Below, in pieces: positions 52,205 to 64,000 of a stretch of 64,000 bases of DNA. Source of the DNA: Mobula hypostoma. Its lineage: Eukaryota. The DNA is taken from contig NC_086108.1 of assembly GCF_963921235.1 (NCBI RefSeq), positions 50,036,001 through 50,100,000 of the forward strand, given 5' to 3'. Positions within the stretch are counted from its first letter, which is position 1; each line of letters opens with the position of its first letter. The notes under the pieces are model-generated. The model was given only the letters and a program-made list of their open reading frames with translations. It was not told the origin of the DNA and ran no database searches. The translations under genes were made by a program, and so were the position numbers.

Positions 52205-53520
52205 CAGGAGATGCTGCAGATGTTGGAAATCTTGAGGAATACACATAAAGTGCTGCAGGATCTCACTGAGTCGGGCAGCATCTAAGGAAAGGAATAAACA
52301 GTTGAAGTTTCGGGTCAAGGCCCATCATCGGGACTGGAGAGAAAGGGTGGAGAATCTGGATGAAGGTGGAGGGAGGAGGGTGTACAATCTGGCAGGTGTT
52401 GGTGAAATCAGTTGAGGGAAAAACTGAGTGGGTGGAGCAGAGGGATGAAGTGAGAAACTGGGAGGTGTTAGGTGGAAGAGGTAATGATCTGAAGGAGGAA
52501 TATGATCTGAGAAGACAGTGGACCGTAGGAGAAAGAGATGAAGGAGGGGCACCAGATGGACGTGATGGATGGGTGAGGAGAAGGGGTGAGAGAGGAGCTA
52601 GAAAGAATGAAAGGGGAGGGGGAAGAAATTACTGAAATTAATGTTCATGGTATCAGGTTGGAGGAGGGTACCCAGACAGAATACAAGGTGCTGTTCCTCC
52701 AGCCTGTAAATGACCTCTTGTGGCAGTAGAGGAGGCCATGGAATGACATGTCAGAATGAATAGTTGAATTGAAAATCCAGCCTTTTGTGGTGCCTTGATG
52801 AAGCCGACTCCAAATCTATGTCATCTCTCACCCACACCAAGAGAATCGATAATAGTAGACCACCCCAACATACTCACAGGTGAAGTGTTGCCACACTGCG
52901 AAGGACAGTTTGGAGCCCTGAATGGTGGTGAGGGAGGAGGTGTGGCACTGTTCTGCTTGCAGGGATAATTGCCAGGAGGAAAATCGGTGGGGAGGGATGA
53001 ATGTACAAAGGAGTCACATAGAGAGTGATCTCATGAAAGTGGAGAGTGAGGTGGAGGGGTAGATCCCATCATAGTTGGCAGGAGTTATGGAAATGATGTA
53101 CTGGATACAGAGGCTTGAGAGGTGGTAGGTAAGTACATGGGGAACCCTATCCCTATTACGGTGGTAGGAGGATGGGGTGAGGGCAGATGTGTGGGAAATG
53201 GAGGAGATATGGGTGAGGGCAAGATTGATGGTGGTGGAAGGGAAACCCTGTTCTTTGAAGAAGGAGAACATCTCACATGTTCTAGGATGGAAAGCCTCAT
53301 CCTGAGATGAAGTAACAGAAAAGAGAATAGCATTTTTACAAGTGACAGGGTGAAGAGGTATTGTCAAGATAGCTGGGAGTGTCAGTAGGTTTGAAAAGAT
53401 TATCAGAAGTTAGTTTGTCTCCAAAGATCGAGAAAGGGAGAGAAGTGAGAGAGGGCAGGGTGGAGCTAAATTAGATGAAATTGGAGAGCTCAACATGGGT
53501 GGAGGAAGCAGTACCAACAT
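52205..53520 (-). mobile_element. Old truncated Penelope-like element
   Basis: PVTCKNAILFS, SQDEAFH, FFKEQGFPS, RDRVPHVLTYH; degenerate pLTR at about 52205-52340. Confidence 0.82.
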
Positions 53521-54479
53521 TAATGCAATTTGAGGGGAAAGATAGTCCAAAGCTTTTCAGGGTCAGTTGTTGGCATTGGGACACAAGCTGTTGTTGAATC
53601 TTGAGGTGTGGGTCTTCAAGCTCCTGTCTCTTCTGCATGATGACAGCCACAAGAAGAAGGCATGGCCCGAATGGTGATGTTTCTTTCTTGAAACATCCCT
53701 GTTATAGATAAACCATATACATAAACATTATGTACTGGGGCCCCAGTTCATCTGTTCTCATTAAATAGTATTCATTGGAAAATTTATTATTCTACTGTGT
53801 GTTTTTAATGAAAATAACGTCCAGTTATCTTGAAAATGTACTAATTTGGCACCACCAAAGTCCTAGGTGTGCCAGATTAAGTATTTTACTGCATCTTTAA
53901 TCTTCAGCATAAATTACTAGTTTCATTAAAAAGTTTTTAATTTGTAATTGTGATTTGTCCCTGAATTGTTTTATAACCTGTTTTGATTATTTAAGAAAGA
54001 TTATCATGATTCAGTGCTCAGCTCAGAAAATTAGAAGTGGTCAATGGAGAATCTGGTTCACAAAGTGCAAAGATAATACAAGCTGACTTTATAATATGCC
54101 AGGACGCATACAGAATCTGTCTTTTTGTTCTTTTAAAGGTGTGCAAAACATAAAACATGACTAAAACATGATGCTTAAGACAAGGAACTTAAAGGTCTAA
54201 TTTAAACACAGGGAACTGGAGTTAAGAGAAGTGAACTGGCCATGTTGCATTGGAGAGTTTCATTAAAATGCCTGACAATGCTTAACATTTAAGGATAAAA
54301 TGCTGGAACTGCAAAAGTGAACATTGCTTTCTGGAGCAAAGTACAAAGCAAAAATTGAGACTGTTAATGGTTTACAAATTAAAATAAGTACAGTCTTATA
54401 TTCAGAATGGAGCCACTTGATGTTTTCAGAAAATGTAGCAGGCCTGAACACTGGTGGAAGTCTAGAATTTAGTTTACAA

Positions 54480-57295
54480 AAAGGAGTAAGAGTTCAATGG
54501 AAAGTGGAAGTAAGAAGTACAAGTAAACTTGCAAGGAAGATAGACTGCAGAACTATCTGCAAGTATGTTTTTTTAAAAAAATTAGTGAAAGCAAATGTCT
54601 TGCAGTCAGAAAAATGGGAACTTACAGTGGGGAACAAAAATATTAGAGCAGTTTAACAAATACTTTGTGATCTTCATTTAAGAGGACATGCTTAACTTAA
54701 CAGGAATGTAAGGGAACCAATTGTCAGATGAGTTAGGGGAAAGAGTGCCCAGGTATTAACAGTATACATCAGTGATTTAGAGGAGGGAGTCAAATGAGAC
54801 CTGTAAGCTTGCTGACAATGTTTAACTTAATAGGGTTGTGAGGATGATGCAAAGAGCTTTTAAAGTGATTTAGACAATATGAATGGAAAAATATAAGGCA
54901 GGTGCAGCATAACAGAGATAAATGAAGTAAAGTTAGAGTACAGGTTTCCTCCGCCATCCAAAGGTAGAGCATTCCTATGAAATGGTTCATAAGCCGAAAT
55001 GTCGTAAAGCGAAGAAGCAATTACTATTTATTTATATGGGAAAATTTTGTGAGCGTTCACAGACCCAAAAATAACCTAACAAATCATGCCAAATAACACA
55101 CAAAACCTAAAATAACAGTAACAAATAGTAAAAGCGGGAATGATATGATAAATACACAGCCTATATAAAGTAGAAATACTTTTCCACAATCATTACTGAA
55201 CTGTTCTCCATAGCGAAAATCTCACGCAAGCGCCGTCGGCAGAAAATCTCACGCAAGCGCTGTTGGCAAAAACACGGCGCAAGTGCTCTCCAGTAACCTT
55301 TAAGCTATGAAGCTGCCAAATCATACTAAACAGCACGTAAAAATACACAGCCGATGTAAAGTAGAAATAATGTATGTACAGTGTAGTATCACTTGGGGGA
55401 ATCGGGACAACGCCGAGCACACTGATAATGGTGTGTTAGGCTGAGTCGTCGCAGGTTGGCTGGTGCAGTGGCCCCACCCTCCAGCCTGCTGACAGATACC
55501 GAACCGCGAAGCATGCAGGGGTCCAGCGGTGCCGGGAGGCACACAGCACATCTTTAAGAAAAAAAGCCAAAATAAACATGTTAATTAGTTAGGTGCTGCC
55601 TGGCATGTAATTGTCGGCCCAGATCATTGCCGATTGCATCGCCTTTGATCTGGGCCGACATTTACGTGTGGGGCAACACCTAATTAATTAGCATGTTTAT
55701 TTCGGCTTTTTTCTTAAAGATGTGCTGTGTGCCTCCTGACTACTGATGCATTCTCTGCGAATCGGTACAGTATCTGTCCGTGGCCTGGCTGTTGGGGTGG
55801 TGGGACACTGGGGTGTCATCTCGTCGTCTGTTTCCATTAGAGCAGACAGCTTATCTTCTCCTATGACTGCCCGCCTCGATGTCGAAGGTCAAGGTTCGTT
55901 GTCTGCTGTGGCTGATGTGGAAGGCTTGCTTGACTGCTGAGCCTCGCGCATTTTTCTATCACACAGTTCTTTGTAAGGACTCAAACCATGCTGCAAATAT
56001 CTCCTAAACCTACGTACCCTTTCAAAATTAAAATCGTACTTATCATTGCAGCGAAAATCTCACGCAGTTGCTTCACGTTCATTTCGCTACTGCATTCGGT
56101 TTCGATTGTTATCCTTTCCTCTTCCAATTGCATCAGCTCTTCATCTATCAGTTCTTGGTCATGGGATGCCAAAACCTCTTCAACATCATGTTCGTCAGCT
56201 TCCACAAGCTGAACTCACTTTGTCCTTGGTTCATCACGATCAAAACGCTTAATTATGTCTAGTTTTACACTAAGTGTAACACCCTTAAGAGCTCTTTTAG
56301 GCTTTTCCAGTACCTTAGAACTCATCTTGCAAACGGCTGCTCACAGGCTCGTGTTTAAGCAATGCCGTTCTGAATCCGGGGGAGAGCGGCTGCTCGGGGT
56401 GTGCGCTGCCTTTTATCACACACTGATTTTTTTCGCGCGCTGATTTTTTATCGCGCGCTGCCTTTTTTCATAACAGTGAAAACACCTTCTGAAAGCGAAA
56501 ACAGGGTGCTAATGTAGATCTTTTGTAGCAGTGAGGTTTCGTAAAGCGAACATTCGAAAAGCAGGGGACACCTGTATTACTTAAATGCTAGTAGAAAAAA
56601 ATTGCTGTACCAGCGGATTTGGTAATCTGGTTAGTGAAAGCAAACATACAGCAAGCAATTAAGGTAAATAGGATGTTGATCTTTATTGCAAGGGTTTTCA
56701 ATTTTCAAATATAGGAGCAAGGAATTTTGCGAAGATTGTCCATGTCCTTGGTGAGACTATACCTGGAGTATTGTGTGCAGATAGGATCTCCTTACTTAAG
56801 AATCTATATATCTGCCTCTGAACAAGTATAATCAAGGTTTGCCAGACTGATTCCTAGAATGGCAGGTAGTGATTTGGGGAAAGATTGAATTAGCTCAGCC
56901 TATGTTCACTAAAGATCTGCAGAATAAGATCACATTGAAACAGCTAAAAATTCTTTCAGGATTAAACAGACTGGATATGGCAAGGATATATCTCCTGATT
57001 GGATGGTGTTGAGGACAAGGGATTACAGTCTCAAGATATGGTACAAAACAGGATTGAGATGAGAAGAGATATTTTCTCTCGTAGGATTATGAACATGTGG
57101 AATTTTCTCAATGCATAATATGGTGAAAGCCAAATACATTTACAAAGAGACCAATACTTTTCTAAATATGAAGAGATAATGAAAATACAGTTGGTATATG
57201 TATTGAAATGTAAGATCAGCTGTGATCTTTTTGAATGGGAAACTGTTTTAGAGAATTGAATGTCCTCCTGCTCCTATTTTCTACATTTCCATATG
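54480..57295 (+). mobile_element. Old CR1 LINE interrupted by a Tigger element
   Basis: CTGGAGTATTGTGTGCAG and a CR1-type 3' end (CTCCTGCTCCTATTTTCTA); the host reads GTTAGAG-TA-TTACTTAAATG across the insert; left edge approximate. Confidence 0.7.
54941..56574 (-). mobile_element. Tigger/pogo-family internal-deletion derivative with internal palindrome
   Basis: TA|CAGGTTTCCTCCGC...GCAGGGGACACCTG|TA; the minus strand keeps the transposase start (MSSKVLEKPKRALKGVTLSVKLDIIKRFDR) next to the acidic C-terminus (EADEHDVEEVLASHDQELIDEELMQL); no DDE domain. Confidence 0.88.
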
Positions 57296-57822
57296 TACAC
57301 TGAGATAAAGGAACATGATTAATGACAAATCATTGTAATTTTAAAAAAATGCCAAACTGCATGTGAACAGTTAATGTCCCTTTCAGAGCACTCTTAATGT
57401 AGGATAGCCATAAGACCATAAGATATAGGAGCAGAAGTGGGCCATTTGGCCCATTGAGTCTGCTTTGCCATTCAATCATGGGCTGATCCAATTCTTCCAG
57501 TCATCCCCATTCCCCTGCCTTTTCCCTATACCCTTTGCTGCCCTGGCTAATCATGAACCTATCTATCTCTGCCTTAAATGCACCCAATGACTTGGCCTCC
57601 TGCTCGTGGCAACAAATTCCACAGATTTACCACCCTCTGACTAAAGTAATTTCTCCACATCTCTGTTCTAAATGGACGTCCTTCAATCCTGAAGTCATGC
57701 CATCTTGTCCTAGACTACCCTACCATGGGAAATAACTGCCATATCTAATCTGTTCCGGCCTTTTAACATGCAGAATATTTCTATGAGATTTCCCCCCTCA
57801 TTCTCCTGAACTCCAGGGAATA

Positions 57823-59353
57823 TAGGTTTCCCCCGCCATCCGAAGGTAGAGTGTTCCTATGAAACAGTTCGTAAGCCGAAATGTAAAGTGAAGAAGCAAT
57901 TACCATTTATTTATATGGGAAAATTTTGTGAGCATTCGCAGATCTAAAAATAACCTAGCAAATCATGCCAAATAACACATAAAACCTAAATTAACAGTAA
58001 CATATAGTAAAAGCAGGAATGATATGATAAATGCACAGCCTATATAAAGTAGAAATACGTTTCCACAATCATTACTGCACTGTTTTCTGTAGTGAAAATC
58101 TCACGCAAGCGCTGTTGGCAAAAACACGGCGCAAGCGCTCTCCAGTAACCTTTAAGCTATGAAGCTGCCAAATCATACCAAATAACATGTAAAAATACAC
58201 AGCCTATATAAAGTAGAAATAATGTATGTACAGTGTAGTATCACTTACCGGAATCGGGAAGACAGCGCCGAGCACACTGATGATGGTGTGTTAGGCTGAG
58301 TCAGAGTTTGGGTGGTGCAGTGGCCCCCCCCCCCCCCGGGCCGCCGAGCAATACATTGCCGTGAAGCATGCAGCGGTGCAGCGGTAGCCGGGAGGCACAC
58401 AGTACATCTTTAAGAAAAAAGCCGAAACAAACATGCTAATTAATTAGGTGCCGCCCGGCACGTAATTGTCTGCCCAGATCAGTGCCGATTTCCGATTGCG
58501 TCGTCTCTGATCTGGGCCGACAATTACGTGTTGGCGGCACCTAATTAATTAGCATGCTTATTTCGGCTTTTTTCTTAAAGATGTGCTGTGTGCCTCCCGG
58601 CTACCGTTGCATTCTCCGCGAATTGGTATCTTTCCATGGTCTCGGGGTTGGGTGGTGGGACACTGGGGTGTCATCTCGTCATCGTCTGTTTCCATTAGGG
58701 CAGGCGGCTCATCTTCTATCTCTGCCCGCCTCGATGTTGAAGGTCGAGGTTCGTCGTCTGCTGTGGCTGATGTGGAAGGCTTGCTTGACTGCTGAGCCTC
58801 GCGCATTTTTCTATCACACAGTTCTTTGTAAGGACTCAAACCATTCTGCAAATATGCCCTAAACCGACGTACCCTTTCAAAATTAAAGTCGTACTTTATC
58901 ATTACTCATTCGGTTTCGATTGTTATCCTTTTTTCTTCCAGTTGCATCAGCTCTTCATCTATCAGATCTTGGTCGTGGGATGCCAAAACCTCTTCAACAT
59001 CATGTTCGTCAGCTTCCACAAGCCAAACTCACGTTGTCCTTACTTCGTTCACCACAATCAAAACGCTTAATTATGTCTAGTTTTACGCTAAGTGTAACAC
59101 CCTTACGAGCTCTTTTAGGCTTTTCCAATACCATAGAACTCATCTTGCAAATGACTGCTCACAGGCATATGTTTAAGCAATGCCGGCTAGAATGCTGTTC
59201 CGAATCCGGGGGAGAGCAGCTGCTCGGGGCGCGCGCTGCTTTTTTTTCGTAACAGTGAAAACACCTTCTGAAAGCGAAAACAGGGTTCTAATGTAGGTCT
59301 TTTGTAACAGTGAGGTTTTGTAAAGTGAACATTCGAAAAGCGGGGGACACCTG
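57823..59353 (-). mobile_element. Tigger/pogo-family internal-deletion derivative, same family as 54941
   Basis: TA at 57821-57822 and 59354-59355; TIR TAGGTTTCCCCCGC / GCGGGGGACACCTG; same internal layout. Confidence 0.9.
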
Positions 59354-60086
59354 TACAGCCCAAGAGCTGCCAGACGTTCCTCATACAGTAACCCTTTCAT
59401 TCCTGGAATCATTCTTGTGAACCTTCTCTGAACCCTCTCCAATGTCAGTATATTCTTTCTAAAATAAAAAGCCCAAACTGCACACAATACTCCAAGTGTC
59501 TCATGAGTGCCTTATAGAGCCTCAACATCACATCCCTGCTCTTATATTCTTTACTTCCAGAAATGAATACCAACATTGCATTTGCCTTCTTCACCATCGA
59601 CTCAACCTGGAGGTTAACCTTTAGGGTAGCCTGCACAAGGACTCCCAAGTCTCTTTGCATCTCTGCAATTTGAATTCTCTCCCCATCAAAAATAATAGTA
59701 TGCCCGTTTATTTCTTTCATCAAAGTGCACGACCATACACTTTCCAACATTGTCTTTCATTTGCCACTTCTTTGCCCATTCCCCTAAATATCTAATCCTC
59801 TCTGCAGGCTCTCTGTTTCTTCAACACTACCTGCTCCTCCACCTATCTTTGTATCATCGGCAAATTTAGCCACAAATCCATTAATTCCATCGTCCAAATC
59901 ATTGACATACATTGTAAAAAGCAGCGGTCCCAACACCGACCCCTGTGGAAATCCACTGGTAACCGGCAGCTAGTCAGAATAGGTTCCTTTTATTCCCACT
60001 CTCTATTTTCTGCCAATCAGCTAATACTCCCCCTTGCTAGTAACTCTCCTGTAATTCCATGGGCTCTTATCTTGCTAAGCAGCCTC

Positions 60087-62810
60087 CAGGGTTCCAATGT
60101 TTCAGACGTGATAGAAGCAGAGGAATGAAGGTGGGGGGGTGGGTGGCATTGCTGGTCAGGGAAAATGTTACAGCAGTGCTCAGGCAGGTCAGATTAGAGG
60201 GCTTGTCTACTGAGGCCATCTGGGTGGAGCTGAGAAACAGGAAAGGTATGACCACATTAATGGGGTTGTATTATAGACCGCCCAATATTCAGTGAGAATT
60301 GGAGGAACAAATCTGCAGAGAGATAGCAGATAACTGCAGGAAACAAAGTTGTGATAGTAGGGGATTTTAATTTTCCACATATTGATTGGGACTCGCATAC
60401 TGTTAAAGGTCTAGACGGGTTAGAGTTTGTAAAATGTGTTCAGGAAAGTTTTCTAAATCAGTATATAGAGGTACCAACTAGAGAGGATGCAATATTAGAT
60501 CTCCTATTAGGAAACAAGTTAGGACAGGTGACGGAAGTGTTTGTAGGGGAACACTTTGGTTCCAGTGATCATAACACCATTAGTTTCAACTTGATCATGG
60601 ATAAAGATAGATCTGGTCCTTGGGTTGAGGTTCTAAACCGGAAAAAGGCCAAATTTGTAAAAAATGAGAAAGGATCTAAAAAAGCGTGGATTGGGACAGG
60701 TTGTTCTCTGGCAAGGATGTGATTAGTAAGTGGGAAGGATTCAAAGGAGAAATTTTGAGAGTGCAGAGTTTGTATGTTCCTGTCAGGATTAATGGCAAAG
60801 TGAATAAAAATAAGGAACCTTGGTTCTCAAGGGATATTGGAACTCTGATAAAGAAGAAGAGGGAGATGTATGACATGTATAGGAAACGGAGCAAATAAGG
60901 TGCTTGAGTATAAAAAGTGCAAAAAAAAACTTAAAGAAATCAGGAGGGCTAAAAGAAGAGAGGAGGTTGCTTTGGCAGTCAAGGTGCAGGATAATCCAAA
61001 GAGCTTCTACAGGTATATTAAGAGCAAAAGGATAGTAAGGGATAAAATTGGTCCTCTTGAAGATCAGAGTGGTCAGCTATGTATGGAACCAAAAGAAATG
61101 GGGGAGATCTTAAATGGGTTTTTTGCGTCTGTATTTACTAAGTAAACTGGCATGGAGTCTATGGAAATAAGGCAAACAAGTAGTGAGGTCATGGAACCTA
61201 TACAGATTGAAAAGGAGGAGGTGCTTGCTATCTTGGAGGCAAATCAGACTAGATAAATCCCCAGGACCTGACAGGGTATTCCCTCGGACCTTGAAGGAGA
61301 CTAGTGTTGAAATTGCAGGGGCCCTGGCAGATATATTTAAAATGTTGGTATCTACAGGTGAGGTGCCGGAGGATAGCTCATGTTGTTCTGTTGTTTAAAA
61401 AAGGCTCTAAAAGTAATCCGGGAAATTATAGGCCGGTAAGTTTGATGTCGGTAGTAGCTAAATTATTGGAAGGAGTACTAAGAGATAGGATCTACAAGTA
61501 TTTGGATAGACAGGGACTTATTAGGGAGAGTCGACATAGCTTTGTGTGTGGTAAGTCATGTTTAACCAATCTGTTAGAGTTTTTTGAGGAGGTTACCAGG
61601 GAAGTGGATGAAGGGAAGGCAGTGGATATTGCCTACATGGACTTCAGTAAGGCCTTTGACAAGGTCCCACATGGGAGGTTAGTTAGGAAGATTCAGTCGC
61701 TAGGTATACATGGAGAGGTAGTAAACTGGATTAGACATTGGCTCAATGGAAGAAGGCAGAGAGTGGTAATGGAGGATTGCTTCTCCGAATGGAGGCCTGT
61801 GACCAGTGGTGTGTCACAGGGATCAGTGCTGGGTTCATTGTTACTTGTCATCTATATCAGTGATCTGGATGATAATGTGGCAAATTGGATCAGCAAATTT
61901 GCTGATGATACAAAGATTGGAGGTGTAGTGGACAGTGAGGAAGGTTTTCAAAGCTTGCAGAGGGATTTGGACCAGCTGGAAAAATAGGCTGAAAAATGGC
62001 AGATGGAGTTTAATACAGACAAGTGTGACTTATTGCACTTTGGAAGGACAAACCAAGGTAGAAAATACAAGGTAAATGGTAGGGCACTGAGGAGTGCAGT
62101 AGAACAGGATCTGGGAATACAGATACAAAATTCCCTAAAAGTGGCGTCACAGGTAGATAGGGTCGTAAAGAGAGCTTTTGGTACATTGGCTTTTATAAAT
62201 CAAAGTATTGAGTATAAGAGTTGGAATGTTATGGTGAGGTTGTATAAGGCATTGGTGAGGCTGAATTTGGAGTATTGTGTGCAGTTTTGGTCACCAAATT
62301 ACGGGAAAGATATTAATAAGATTGGAAGAGTGCAGAGAAGGTTTACAAGGATGTTGCCGGGACTTGAGAAAGTGAGTTACAGAGAAAGGTTGAATAGGTT
62401 AGGACTTTATTCCCTGGAGCATAGAAGAATGAGGGGAGATTTGATAGAGATAAATAAAATTATGATGGGTATAGATAGAGTGAAAGCAAGCAGGCTTTTC
62501 CCACTGAGGCTAGGGGAGAAATAAACCAGAGGACATGGGTTTAGGGTGAAGGGGGGAAAGTTTAAAGGGAACATTAGGGGGGGGCTTCTTCACACAGAGA
62601 GTGGTGGGAGTGTGGAATGAGCTGCCAGATGAAGTGGTAAATGCGGGCTCACTTTTAACATTTAAGAAAAACTTGGACAGGTACATGGATAAGAGGTGTA
62701 TGGAAGGATATGGTCCAAGTGCAAGTCAGTGGGACTAGACAGAAAAATGGTTTGGTACAGCCAAGATGGACCAAAAGGCCTGTTTCTGTGCTGTAAAGTT
62801 ATATGGTTCT
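60087..62810 (+). mobile_element. CR1 LINE ORF2 (APE endonuclease and RT) with frameshifts and stops, nested in a minus-strand CR1
   Basis: IVGDFNFPHIDW, FGSSDHN, KSPGPD, GNYRPVSL, YMDFSKAFDKV, KFADDTKI; ATGGTTCT tail. Confidence 0.93.
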
Positions 62811-63139
62811 ATGTGTGGCAGCTTGTCAAAGGTCTTCTGAAAATCTAAGTACACCACATCTCCTTTATGTACCTTGCTTGCAATTTCCTCAAAAAATTGC
62901 AGTAGGTTAGTCAGGCAGGATTTTCCTTTCAGGAAACCATGCTGGCATTAGCCTATCTTGTCATGTGCATCCAGGTACTCTGTAATCTCATCTCTAACAA
63001 TCAGTTCCAACAACTTCCCAATCACTGATGTCAGGCTAACAGGTCTGCAAGTTAGCTTACTTTTTTTCTGATACTCGGCAAGATCTCTCTACAACTTGAA
63101 TGTCCTGGCATTTCTTAAAAGTTGGTCTCATCTTTAAGG

Positions 63140-64000
63140 AACACACATCAAAGTTACTGGTGAACGCAGCAGGCCAGGCAGCATCTGTAGGAAGAGGTGC
63201 AGTCGACGTTTCAGGCCGAGACCCTTCGTCAGGACTAACTGAAGGAAGAGTGAGTAAGGGATTTGAAAGTTGGAGGGGGAGGGGGAGATCCAAAATGATA
63301 GGAGAAGACAGGAGGGGGAGGGATAGAGCCAAGAGCTGGACAGGTGATAGGCAGAAGGGGATACGAGAGGATCATGGGACAGGAGGTCCGGGAAGAAAGA
63401 CGGGGGGGGGGGACCCAGAGGATGGGCAAGAGGTATATTCAGAGGGACAGAGGAAGAAAAAGGAGAGTGAGAGAAAGAATGTGTGCATAAAAATAAGTAA
63501 CAGATGGGGTACGAGGGGGGGGTGGGGCCTTAGCGGAAGTTAGAGAAGTCGATGTTCATGCCATCAGGTTGGAGGCTACCGAGATGGAATATAAGGTGTT
63601 GTTCCTCCAACCTGAGTGTGGCTTCATCTTTACAGTAGAGGAGGCCGTGGATAGACATGTCAGAATGGGAATGGGATGTGGAATTAAAATGTGTGGCCAC
63701 TGGGAGATCCTGCTTTCTCTGGCGGACAGAGCGTAGATGTTCAGCAAAGCGGTCTCCCAGTCTGCGTCGGGTCTCGCCAATATATAAAAGGCTACATCGG
63801 GAGCACCAGATGCAGTATATCACCCCAGTCGACTCACAGGTGAAGTGTTGCTGTTTTTGCAAGAGACAGGGTGAGAAGAGGAATAGTCCAGATAGCTGTG
63901 AGAGTCGGTAGGCTTATAGTAGACATGTCTACTATAATGTCATCCCCTTCTCGCAATTCCTCCGTCTCCGCCGCATCTGCTCTCAGGATGAGGCTTTTCA
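63140..64000 (-). mobile_element. Truncated, rearranged Penelope copy of the same family as 11416-15262
   Basis: pLTR 63140-63530 and intact GIY-YIG segment 63530-63850 on minus; then a minus RT piece (about 63853-63925) and a plus RT piece (about 63926-64000, matching 14020-14080). Confidence 0.9.
63200..63237 (-). ncRNA. Minimal hammerhead ribozyme motif in pLTR
   Basis: Minus strand TAGTC-CTGACGA-AGGGTCTCGGCCT-GAAACGTC-GACTG, identical to the 11649 motif. Confidence 0.75.

Larger units (their letters stand above)
57408..63055 (-). mobile_element. CR1 LINE split by a Tigger element and a + strand CR1 (segments 57408-57822, 59354-60086, 62811-63055)
   Basis: Segments rejoin as GGGAA-TA-CAGCCC and AGCAGCCTC|ATGTGTGGCA, matching the uninterrupted relative at 26670-26690. 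Confidence 0.88.

Noticed and set aside
50563..64000. Next SMG7 exon (expected to begin roughly VKSQ...RKTPV)
   Set aside because: Not found by reading; it probably lies beyond the window.
1..64000. CRISPR arrays, operons, retrons or other prokaryotic systems
   Set aside because: The sequence is spliced eukaryotic DNA; all RT and nuclease ORFs are explained by known retrotransposon classes.

Overview
Eukaryotic genomic DNA, most likely from a cartilaginous fish (ray or shark; inferred from the V-SINE/CR1/Penelope/Rex1 repeat mix, not proven). The window lies inside one + strand gene, the nonsense-mediated decay factor SMG7. I read 13 consecutive GT-AG coding exons (4085-50562, 1807 nt, phases consistent) from '(R)QAEALKADMT' to 'KQNVAVQ'. 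The first exon and the C-terminal exons lie outside the window; exon numbers assume one upstream coding exon. The introns are full of often nested transposable elements: a near full-length Neptune-type Penelope-like element (PLE) plus older or truncated copies, three L1/Tx1 LINEs, many CR1 and Rex1/Babar fragments, a Hero-like LINE fragment, two Tc1 elements, three Tigger/pogo deletion derivatives and a tRNA-derived V-SINE. The most notable observations are (1) a candidate stop-containing 'poison' cassette exon in SMG7 intron 2, surrounded by UGCAUG motifs and followed by a ~90-bp hairpin, and (2) minimal hammerhead-ribozyme motifs in the PLE terminal repeats, two of them on the SMG7 pre-mRNA strand. 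All family assignments come from motif recognition only; no database search was run.
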